32,000 nt of DNA from Acidothermus cellulolyticus 11B (GTDB lineage: Bacteria > Actinomycetota > Actinomycetes > Acidothermales > Acidothermaceae). Under the pieces are notes generated by a model, which was not told the DNA's origin, searched no databases, and saw only the letters and a list, made by a program, of their open reading frames with translations. Location of the stretch: the NCBI RefSeq assembly GCF_000015025.1, contig NC_008578.1, forward strand, positions 1,710,001-1,742,000. The letters run 5' to 3'. Both the position numbers and the translations under genes were made by a program. Below are positions 24,669-32,000 of the stretch, one piece after another (the stretch's first letter is position 1; each line of letters opens with the position of its first letter).

Positions 24669-25952
24669 ATGAATTCATCCCCTGACCCTCTCGCCGCTCT
24701 CACCGCCACGGATCCCACGATCGCTGACCTGATCCGGGCCGAAGAACGGCGGCAGTCCGAGAAAATTCGGCTGATTCCGTCGGAGAACTACGTCTCCAAA
24801 GCGGTCCTGGAGGCGACGGGGACGGTGCTCACCAACAAGTACTCCGAGGGTTACCCGAACCGCCGCTATTACGAAGGGCAGCAATTCATCGATCAGATCG
24901 AGACGATTGCCATCGAGCGGGCCAAACAGCTGTTCGGGGTTGATCACGCCAATGTGCAGCCGTACTCCGGATCTCCCGCGAACCTGGCCATTTACCTGGC
25001 CCTGCTCTCCCCCGGCGACACCGTCATGGGCATGGCGTTGCCGATGGGCGGACACCTCACCCACGGCTGGCCCGTATCGGCCACCGGCATCTGGTTCCGC
25101 TCGGTCCAATACGGCGTGCGGCGCGACACCGGTCGCATTGATTTCGATGAGGTCCGCGAGGTGGCCCGGCGAGAGCGGCCGAAGGTAATTTTCGCCGGCG
25201 GGACGGCGATTCCGCGCATCATCGATTTCGCCGCGTTCGCAGAGATCGCCCGCGAAGTGAACGCTGTCCTCGTCGCCGATATCGCGCACATCTCCGGGCT
25301 CGTCGCCGGCGGGGTGCACCCGTCGCCGGTGGGACATGCCGACATCATTTCCACCACCACGCACAAGACGCTTCGCGGTCCGCGCGGTGCGATGCTGATG
25401 AGCACCGAGCAGTATGCGAAAGCGCTGGACAAGGCGGTCTTCCCAGGATTGCAGGGTGGCCCGCACAATCACACCACGGCGGCTATCGCGGTTGCCCTCC
25501 TCGAGGCGATGCAACCCGAATTCCGCGACTACGCCCGGAACATCGTCGCCAACGCGGCCGTTCTCGCCGAGGAGCTCCTCGCCCGTGGCTTCGACCTTGT
25601 CTCCGGCGGCACCGACAATCACCTCATCCTGGTGGACCTCACCTCAAAAGGTGTGGCGGGCAAGCCGGTTGCGCGGGCCCTCGACCGGGCCGGCATCGAA
25701 CTCAACTACAACACCGTGCCGTTCGACCCTCGCAAGCCGTTTGACCCGTCGGGAATCCGGCTCGGCACCCCGGCGGTGACGTCCCGCGGAATGGGTCCCG
25801 CGGAAATGCGGCAAATCGCCGCCTGGATCGATGAGGTGACCACCGCCGTCGCCAAAGGAGATGAGGAAGCACTGGCCGCCGTTGAACAGCGGGTGGCGGG
25901 CGAGGTCCGCGAATTGACGAAGAATTTCCCCACCCCCGGGCTGGACCGCTGA
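24669..25952 (+). CDS. glyA: Serine hydroxymethyltransferase
   Basis: [15 protein letters not shown]-lysine motif. ATG 24669 is preceded by GAGGAG. The ORF track starts 21 nt earlier at a GTG. Confidence 0.95.
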   Translation: MNSSPDPLAALTATDPTIADLIRAEERRQSEKIRLIPSENYVSKAVLEATGTVLTNKYSEGYPNRRYYEGQQFIDQIETIAIERAKQLFGVDHANVQPYSGSPANLAIYLALLSPGDTVMGMALPMGGHLTHGWPVSATGIWFRSVQYGVRRDTGRIDFDEVREVARRERPKVIFAGGTAIPRIIDFAAFAEIAREVNAVLVADIAHISGLVAGGVHPSPVGHADIISTTTHKTLRGPRGAMLMSTEQYAKALDKAVFPGLQGGPHNHTTAAIAVALLEAMQPEFRDYARNIVANAAVLAEELLARGFDLVSGGTDNHLILVDLTSKGVAGKPVARALDRAGIELNYNTVPFDPRKPFDPSGIRLGTPAVTSRGMGPAEMRQIAAWIDEVTTAVAKGDEEALAAVEQRVAGEVRELTKNFPTPGLDR

Positions 25953-25970
25953 CCAGCGACGGGCCGGCGC

Positions 25971-26125
25971 GGTCCTGCGCGTGGGCGCAGGGTGGCGGTC
26001 CTGACCGGCGCGGTCCGGTCCGGCACGGTCCTCCGGCCCGGTCCTGCCGATCCTGCGGCCAGGTCCTGCCGATCCTGCGGTCCGATCCTGCAACGCGGTC
26101 CGACCCTGCGTGATCCTGCCCTGCC
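25971..26125. repeat. Array of at least 9 copies of (G/A)(T/A)CCTGC with about 11-bp spacing between the convergent glyA and cdsA genes
   Basis: ggtcctgccgatcctgcgg occurs exactly twice (26040-26058 and 26062-26080), with degenerate copies on both sides. Confidence 0.85.
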
Positions 26126-26144
26126 CGACGGCGTTACCGCTGCA

Positions 26145-27020
26145 CTACGGCCAGAGGTATCCGAGCAGAGCCCATGCCACCGGCGCAGCAAGCAGTATCG
26201 AATCGATGCGGTCGAGCAATCCGCCGTGGCCGGGCAGCAGACGGCCCATGTCCTTGACCCCCAGCCGACGCTTCACCCACGATTCCAGGAGGTCCCCGGC
26301 CGTGGCGGCGGCAACGACCGCCGCGCCGAAGCCCACACCCTGCCACCAACTCCGATGCAGAACGGTCGCGAAAAGGAGAGCGGCGGTCAGCATCCCTCCG
26401 GCAACGGAACCGCCGAGTCCCTCCCACGATTTCTTCGGCGAAATGCGGGGTGCCAGCCGATGCCGGCCGGCGAGCACCCCGACCGCATATCCGGCGGTAT
26501 CGTTGGCCGCTACGACCGCAAGGAGCAGCACGACTTTTGCCGGCCGGTCAACGGCCAGCAACACCGCGCAGGATGCGCACCCGGCAATGTAGGCAACGGA
26601 TCCGGCGTGCGCGAGCCGCCACGGCGCCGACGACGTCTCCCCGGAAACCACGGCGGCCGCCGCACCGGCGGTAAGCAGGACGCCGGCCGCCATGCCCAGG
26701 CCCGCAGCGCCTACGCCGTACGCCGCAACAACGACCGCTGCTCCAGCGGCCGCGGCGGCAATAACGGGCAGGTGCGGCCGGTGCGTTGTCCGTAGGGTCG
26801 TGGTGATTTCCGCGATGCCGATGACCACGGCGGCACCGACGAGACCGGTGAAGACGCGGACGTCGAAAAAAAGCGCGGCAAGAACGACTGCGCCAAGGCC
26901 GACACCGACACCGATAGCGGCGGGCAGATTGCGCCCCGCACGCCCGGTCACGCCGCCGCGAGGCGATCCGGAGTCCTCGGCGGCGGATGGCTCACGGGCG
27001 GTGGAGGCGTGTGCGCGCAC
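26145..27020 (-). CDS. cdsA: Phosphatidate cytidylyltransferase (CDP-diglyceride synthase)
   Basis: C-terminal signature SWVKRRLGVKDMGRLLPGHGGLLDRIDS. GTG start overlaps the frr stop (TAGTG). Confidence 0.92.
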   Translation of the reverse strand: MRAHASTAREPSAAEDSGSPRGGVTGRAGRNLPAAIGVGVGLGAVVLAALFFDVRVFTGLVGAAVVIGIAEITTTLRTTHRPHLPVIAAAAAGAAVVVAAYGVGAAGLGMAAGVLLTAGAAAAVVSGETSSAPWRLAHAGSVAYIAGCASCAVLLAVDRPAKVVLLLAVVAANDTAGYAVGVLAGRHRLAPRISPKKSWEGLGGSVAGGMLTAALLFATVLHRSWWQGVGFGAAVVAAATAGDLLESWVKRRLGVKDMGRLLPGHGGLLDRIDSILLAAPVAWALLGYLWP

Positions 27021-27577
27021 TAGACCTCGAGAAGTTCGGCTTCCTTGTGCTTGAGCATTTCGTCGATGTGCGCGACGTACTTGTGGGTCAGCTCGTCAAG
27101 TTCCTTCTCCGCACGACGTACGTCGTCCTCGCCGACCTCGCCGTCCTTCTGCAGTTTGTCCAAGGCGTCCTTGGCGTGACGGCGGATGTTCCGGATGGCG
27201 ACCCGAGCCTCCTCGGCTTCGTGACGCGCCATCTTGATGTAATCGCGCCGACGTTCCTCGGTGAGCGGCGGGATCGCGACGCGAATGACCGAACCGTCGT
27301 CGGTCGGGTTGACCCCAAGGTCGGAATCACGAATCGCCTTCTCGATCGCGCGCAACGAGCCCTTGTCGTAGGGGTGGATGACGATGAGACGCGCGTCGGC
27401 CACGGTGAAACTTGCGAGCTGATTCAGCGGAGTGGGCGTGCCGTAATATTCGACGGTGATTTTCGAGAAGAGCGCCGGATTGGCCCGGCCGGTGCGGATG
27501 GCCGCGAAATTCTCCCGGGCGACGTTCGTCGCCTTCTCCATTTTCTCTTCGGCTTCGAGCAGGGTGTCGTCGATCAC
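27020..27577 (-). CDS. frr: Ribosome recycling factor
   Basis: 185 aa with a typical RRF sequence (...[28 protein letters not shown]...). Confidence 0.95.
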   Translation of the reverse strand: MIDDTLLEAEEKMEKATNVARENFAAIRTGRANPALFSKITVEYYGTPTPLNQLASFTVADARLIVIHPYDKGSLRAIEKAIRDSDLGVNPTDDGSVIRVAIPPLTEERRRDYIKMARHEAEEARVAIRNIRRHAKDALDKLQKDGEVGEDDVRRAEKELDELTHKYVAHIDEMLKHKEAELLEV

Positions 27578-27628
27578 GGCGTGCTCCTTACCTCTCGTCG
27601 ATCGCCCACAGGGAGCGCGGGCCTGTCG

Positions 27629-28429
27629 TCAGCGCGCCGGCGATACGGCCTGCCGCCGCGGCGGAACGCCGTCCCCGCTGGAAACAATAGTGCCGATCTT
27701 CTCACCGTGGACAGCACGGGCGATGTTGCCCTCCTCGAGCAAATTGAACACGATGATCGGCATCCCGTTGTCCCGGCAGAGTGAGATCGCGGTGGCGTCG
27801 GCGAATTTGAGGTCGCGGGCCAGCACCTCGTCGTAATCGAGATGGTCGAATCGGACGGCGTCCGCGTTGGTCTTCGGATCGCTGTCGTACACGCCGTCGA
27901 CCGCCTTGGCCATCAGCACGACCTCTGCTCCGATCTCCAGAGCCCGCTGGGCCGCGGTCGTGTCCGTGGAGAAGTACGGGGCGCCGAGCCCGGCGCCGAA
28001 AATCACCACCCGGCCCTTCTCCATATGCCGGATCGCCCGTCGCGGTATGTACGGCTCGGCCACCTGCCCCATCGTGATCGCTGTCTGCACCCGGGTGTCA
28101 ACGCCGAGCTTCTCCAGGAAATCCTGCAATGCCAAGCAATTCATCACCGTGCCGAGCATGCCCATGTAATCGGAACGAGCCCGGTCCATGCCACGGACGG
28201 ACAGCTCGGCGCCGCGGAAGAAATTGCCTCCGCCAATGACGACCGCCATCTGCACGCCCTCGGCCACCACGGCGGCGATCTGCCGGGCTATGGACGCGAC
28301 GATGTCGGGATCAACGCCGACGTGCCCGCCGCCGAACATCTCGCCGCCCAGTTTGAGCAGCACCCGCCGGTACACCGGCCGAGTGCCGGCCGTGGGAGCG
28401 GACGCTGCTCCTCCTTCACCGTCTGCCAC
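27629..28429 (-). CDS. pyrH: UMP kinase
   Basis: [15 protein letters not shown] and GGGNFFRG motifs. GTG start with GGGGGAG upstream. Confidence 0.93.
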   Translation of the reverse strand: MADGEGGAASAPTAGTRPVYRRVLLKLGGEMFGGGHVGVDPDIVASIARQIAAVVAEGVQMAVVIGGGNFFRGAELSVRGMDRARSDYMGMLGTVMNCLALQDFLEKLGVDTRVQTAITMGQVAEPYIPRRAIRHMEKGRVVIFGAGLGAPYFSTDTTAAQRALEIGAEVVLMAKAVDGVYDSDPKTNADAVRFDHLDYDEVLARDLKFADATAISLCRDNGMPIIVFNLLEEGNIARAVHGEKIGTIVSSGDGVPPRRQAVSPAR

Positions 28430-28452
28430 GACTGGGCTCCCCCGGGGTCCGA

Positions 28453-29283
28453 TTACAGCTGGCCGATCCGGAATCGAGCGAACCGTACGACGCGCACCCC
28501 GGCGTCGTCCAGCACCTGCTGCACGGTCTTCTTGGGATCCTTGGCGAACGCCTGTTCGGTGAGAACGGTCTCCTTGAAGAAGCCGGTCACGCGGCCTTCG
28601 ACAATCTTCGGCAGGGCCTGCTCGGGTTTCCCTTCCTCCCGAGCCGTCGCCTCGGCGATCCGTCGCTCCGCAGCGACGACGTCCTCCGGAACGTCCGCGC
28701 GAGTGAGGTAGCGGGGGGCGAACGCGGCGATGTGCTGGGCGATGTCCTTCCCCGCCTCGGCGTTCGGCGCGGAGAGTTCGACGAGAACACCAAGCTGCGG
28801 CGGCAAATCCGGGCTCGTCTTGTGCAGGTAGCTCACCACCGCGGCGCCGGCGAAGCGAGCGAGACGGCCAAGCTCGATCTTCTCGCCGAGGGCGGCGCTG
28901 TTCTCCTCGACGAGATCGCGCACACTGCGGCCGTCGACGACGGCGTCCAGGAGGACCGCCGGGTCATCGGTCTCGGTGGTCAACGCGGCCTGGACGATGC
29001 GCCGTCCGAGCTCCTGGAAACGCTCGCCCTTGGCGACGAAATCGGTCTCGCATTTCACCTCGACGAGGACACCGACGCCGTCGTCCGTTGCGGCGGCGAC
29101 GAGACCGTTGGCCGTGGTCCGCTCGGCGCGCTTGCCGACATCCTTGGCCCCTTTGATGCGCAGGAGCTCGACGGCCTTGTCAAAGTCGCCGTCCGCTTCC
29201 TCCAGCGCCTTCTTGCAATCCATCATCCCAGCCGCGGTCAATTCGCGGAGTCGCTTGACGTCGGCAGTGGTGAACGTAGCCAT
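28453..29283 (-). CDS. tsf: Elongation factor Ts
   Basis: ATG 29283 (GAAGGAAG upstream) gives [42 protein letters not shown], a canonical EF-Ts UBA-like N-terminus. Confidence 0.95.
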   Translation of the reverse strand: MATFTTADVKRLRELTAAGMMDCKKALEEADGDFDKAVELLRIKGAKDVGKRAERTTANGLVAAATDDGVGVLVEVKCETDFVAKGERFQELGRRIVQAALTTETDDPAVLLDAVVDGRSVRDLVEENSAALGEKIELGRLARFAGAAVVSYLHKTSPDLPPQLGVLVELSAPNAEAGKDIAQHIAAFAPRYLTRADVPEDVVAAERRIAEATAREEGKPEQALPKIVEGRVTGFFKETVLTEQAFAKDPKKTVQQVLDDAGVRVVRFARFRIGQL

Positions 29284-29397
29284 CACGCTTCTTCCTTCGT
29301 TTCCTCGCTTCTTGTGGACGCACGCCCTAGGCGGCGCACGCCCGAGTTCCAATTCCGGTCGACGAATTCGGACGCCGACCCGCTGCCAATGACGCGC

Positions 29398-30225
29398 TCA
29401 GACACCGAGCTCGTCGGCGTCCACGCCCTGGCGGGCGAGAAGTTCCCGCTCCCAATCGGCAAGCGGCTCGTCCGCACCCAACTCCTGACCCGGCACCGGC
29501 TCGGGTTCGGGTTTGCCGTCGGTCGCCCGCGCCGCGGCCCGCGCCATCAGACCTTCCGCAACCGCGTCGGCAATGACCCGAGTCAGCAGGGACACCGACC
29601 GGATGGCGTCGTCGTTGCCCGGAATCGGATAGTCAACTTCGTCCGGGTCGCAGTTGGTGTCCAGAATGGCGACCACGGGGATGCCGAGTTTACGGGCCTC
29701 ATCGACGGCGATGTGTTCCTTCTTCGTGTCGACGATCCATACCGCAGCGGGCAGCCGCGTCATGTCACGAATGCCGCCGAGGGTGCGTTCGAGCTTCTCC
29801 TTCTCGCGCTGCAGCATCAAGGCTTCTTTCTTGGTCGCCTGACCGAAGAGCGACCCGTTCTGCTCCAGGAGCTCGAGCTCCTTCAATCGCTGCAATCTCT
29901 TGTAGACGGTGGAGAAATTCGTGAGCATGCCGCCCAGCCACCGCTGGTTGACGTACGGCATCCCGACCCTGGTCGCCTGCTCGGCAATCGCCTGTTGCGC
30001 CTGCTTCTTCGTCCCCACGAACAACACCGTGCCGCCGCGGGCGACGGTGTCTTTCACGAATTCGTACGCTCGTTCGATGTACGACAGCGACTGCTGAAGA
30101 TCAATGATGTAAATGCCGTTGCGTTCGGTGAAGATGAAACGCTTCATCTTCGGGTTCCACCGGCGCGTTTGATGCCCGAAATGCACCCCGCCGGCAAGGA
30201 GTTCTTTCATTGTGACGACGGCCAT
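29398..30225 (-). CDS. rpsB: 30S ribosomal protein S2
   Basis: [43 protein letters not shown]. Confidence 0.96.
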   Translation of the reverse strand: MAVVTMKELLAGGVHFGHQTRRWNPKMKRFIFTERNGIYIIDLQQSLSYIERAYEFVKDTVARGGTVLFVGTKKQAQQAIAEQATRVGMPYVNQRWLGGMLTNFSTVYKRLQRLKELELLEQNGSLFGQATKKEALMLQREKEKLERTLGGIRDMTRLPAAVWIVDTKKEHIAVDEARKLGIPVVAILDTNCDPDEVDYPIPGNDDAIRSVSLLTRVIADAVAEGLMARAAARATDGKPEPEPVPGQELGADEPLADWERELLARQGVDADELGV

Positions 30226-30506
30226 CGCCGTTGCTCCCTTCTCGACGCCGTTCCGGCGTCCACCTCGGTTCCTCGGACCGTCGGTCGACGGTCACCCTGA
30301 CGCCCGTGCCACCGTGTTCGCTGCGCGAACACACCGAGGCAGGCGGTGCCGAGCACCCCAGGCGTGCGATGTGATCTCCGCGCCCGAGCCTGGTACGCGG
30401 GGACCCGGGCGCAGTCTACGCGACGAACAGCCGGCTCGGTCCGCAGGCCCGAGGAGTCCCGGAGGCACGGCTGGCCGACCAGGAGACGGCTGGCGGTTTG
30501 CGCCCG

Positions 30507-30586
30507 AGTTCAGCGGGTTCCCACCCCGGGCCGGCGGTCCGCGTCGAAGTCAGGGGGCTCCCGCCCTGGGCCGGCGGTCCGCGCCG
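30507..30586. repeat. 40-bp tandem duplication in the rpsB / M23-peptidase divergent spacer
   Basis: agttcagcgggttcccaccccgggccggcggtccgcgtcg vs agtcagggggctcccgccctgggccggcggtccgcgccgt. Confidence 0.8.
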
Positions 30587-30665
30587 TCCACAGGCCGCTG
30601 ACATTCGATCCACAGACGCGGCAACCGCGATGGCGCGGCGCGGGTCAGACGGCCAGCCTGGACGC

Positions 30666-31556
30666 ATGCGACGAGCAATGGCGCGGTGGCGGGCGACCCG
30701 ACGTGCGCTTATGGCTGTCGCCTCGGTGGTCGGATGGTTTGTTTGCGGACCCCCGGTGCTCACCGCGACCCCGGCTGGGGCCAGCGAGCCAGTGCCCGCG
30801 GCTACGACACCGTCGACGTCCAGCCAGGTGCGCGCCGTACCGCCCGTGGCGCCGCTGCGGGTCCTCCGCCGGTTTGACCCACCGACCCAGCCGTGGCTGG
30901 CCGGTCACCGGGGAGTTGATCTCGCGGCGAGCGCGGGCGAACCCGTTGCAGCGGCCGGATACGGACATGTCGTCTTCAGCGGACGGATAGCCGGCCGAGG
31001 CGTCGTCTCGATCAGCGTCGGATCGATCCGTTTCACCTACGAGCCGATCGAACCGGCGGTCGCCGTCGGAGAGATCGTGCGGCCTGGTATGCCGCTGGGC
31101 ACGGTGGCTCGACAGCCGGACCACTGCGGGCCGCCGGGCAGCTGCCTGCACTGGGGAGCAATCCGCGACGGACGCTACGTGGACCCGCTGCTGTTCCTCC
31201 GCCACGTGCGGCTGCTGCCCCTCGCGGCGACGCCGCCGGCCGCCTCCGACGCACTCGATCTCACCTCCGATGCGATCGGTCCGTTCTCCGACACGCTCGG
31301 TCGTGCTTCCGACCCGCTCGGCCGCCCGTTGTCCGGCCATCCGGTGCCTGCGGAGGGACCCACGCCGCTGAGCCGCGCGCGCCCGGCGACAAGCCGATCC
31401 CCCACCGAACCGGACGTCGCGCCGCGAGCGACCCGAGCAGGCGGGACACCGCTGTCACCCGACACATTCGTCCCCACCCTTTTTGCGACCGCGGGACTTG
31501 CCGTCGCAGCCGCCACGATCTCGAGACGGCGGTTTCGACCGCACCACCGCGGATGA
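30666..31556 (+). CDS. M23 family metallopeptidase with a signal/anchor N-terminus and a long C-terminal tail ending in a hydrophobic anchor
   Basis: HRGVDLAA...HLHWGAIRDGRYVDPL are M23 zinc-site motifs. Start chosen at ATG 30666 (MRRAMARWRATRRALMAVASVVGWFVCG). ATGs at 30630 and 30678 are alternatives. Confidence 0.8.
   Translation: MRRAMARWRATRRALMAVASVVGWFVCGPPVLTATPAGASEPVPAATTPSTSSQVRAVPPVAPLRVLRRFDPPTQPWLAGHRGVDLAASAGEPVAAAGYGHVVFSGRIAGRGVVSISVGSIRFTYEPIEPAVAVGEIVRPGMPLGTVARQPDHCGPPGSCLHWGAIRDGRYVDPLLFLRHVRLLPLAATPPAASDALDLTSDAIGPFSDTLGRASDPLGRPLSGHPVPAEGPTPLSRARPATSRSPTEPDVAPRATRAGGTPLSPDTFVPTLFATAGLAVAAATISRRRFRPHHRG
31245..31328 (+). repeat. In-frame 21-nt x4 tandem repeat encoding heptapeptides SDALDLT / SDAIGPF / SDTLGRA / SDPLGRP in the M23 peptidase tail
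   Basis: tccga(c/t) recurs at 31245, 31266, 31287 and 31308, in frame with the M23 ORF. Confidence 0.85.
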
Positions 31557-31584
31557 CGAGCGTGAAACGTGATCAGGCCCCGCC

Positions 31585-31684
31585 GACCGTCCGCTGCCGG
31601 CGGGCGCCGCGGATTCCCCGGCGAAGTGCCCGGCATGCGCGGCGACGCCGTCCGCTGCCGCCGGGCGCAGCGGATTCCTCGGCG
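31585..31684. repeat. Two copies of a 39-41 nt sequence spaced 59 nt apart, downstream of the M23 peptidase gene
   Basis: gaccgtccgctgccggcgggcgccgcggattccccggcg (31585-31623) vs gacgccgtccgctgccgccgggcgcagcggattcctcggcg (31644-31684). Confidence 0.8.
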
Positions 31685-31839
31685 GCGCAATCGATAGCCG
31701 ACCAGACGTTTGCGATCAGCGGCGCGGAGGGGAAGCGGACGGCCCGCGGCGGTCGACAATTACGCGCCGTGATGGCCGTGGCGCAATCTCTCGATACGCT
31801 GCAGGAGACACCGTGCGCCCTAGACGTGTAGGGACGGCG

Positions 31840-32000
31840 ATGATGACTGGCCATCCGACCCCACCGTCGAGCGAGGACGCGGAGACGATCGTGCTGACTC
31901 GCGATGCAGCGCTCGCCAGGGTGTCTCGGCTGCAAGGGTTGACTGCGGCCGAGGTTGCGGCCCGGCGAGCTCGCGGGCTTGTCAACAGTAGTGCCATCCC
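31840..32000 (+). CDS. N-terminal fragment of a cation-transporting P-type ATPase (CtpE-like); runs off the right edge
   Basis: ATGATG at 31840 opens MMTGHPTPPSSEDAETIVLTRDAALARVSRLQGLTAAEVAARRARGLVNSSAI. The GLT.AEVA.R...G.N segment is the usual N-terminal motif of this ATPase class. Only 53 codons are visible. Confidence 0.45.
   Translation, partial: MMTGHPTPPSSEDAETIVLTRDAALARVSRLQGLTAAEVAARRARGLVNSSAI

Noticed and set aside
18771-26125. The tandem and dispersed intergenic repeats as CRISPR arrays.
   Set aside because: The units are directly adjacent or irregularly spaced with no unique spacers of constant length. Copy numbers are 2-4, units differ between loci, and no cas genes are present.

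Overview
High-GC (about 70%) actinobacterial chromosome segment. The backbone is a conserved housekeeping block, mostly on the minus strand: infB, ylxR, nusA, rimP, proS, ispG, rip1 (M50 site-2 protease), dxr, rlmN, cdsA, frr, pyrH, tsf and rpsB. As far as I recall, this is the same order as the infB-to-rpsB block of Mycobacterium tuberculosis. Plus-strand genes are glyA, an ispD-like cytidylyltransferase, a PiT phosphate permease, an M23 peptidase, and the first 53 codons of a CtpE-like P-type ATPase at the right edge.

The unusual part is about 12.3-16.2 kb, between dxr and an MMPL transporter. GC there falls to roughly 48-62% by hand count. This island has one near-consensus promoter and a 22-bp perfect palindrome. 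Behind them sits a secreted-type protein gene whose signal peptide is out of frame with the mature part, across a (GT)5.5 tract. Three tandem, diverging copies of a two-module small multi-pass membrane-protein cassette (A+B) follow. One copy is split, one is fused into a single ORF, and one is decayed. A 109-115 nt inter-module element is about 93% identical between cassettes whose proteins share only about 40% identity. I cannot assign the A, B or secreted proteins to any named family. I flag the locus as a candidate undescribed secreted-effector / membrane-immunity-like or phase-variable system; that function is inference only.

Other points:
- The DUF47 partner of the PiT permease is frameshifted.
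- The MMPL gene and the ispD-like gene look leaderless.
- Almost every long intergenic spacer carries its own local tandem repeats.

No tRNA, rRNA, CRISPR array, transposase or integrase was seen. Many long Arg/Pro/Gly-rich ORFs in the supplied track are shadow frames of real genes.
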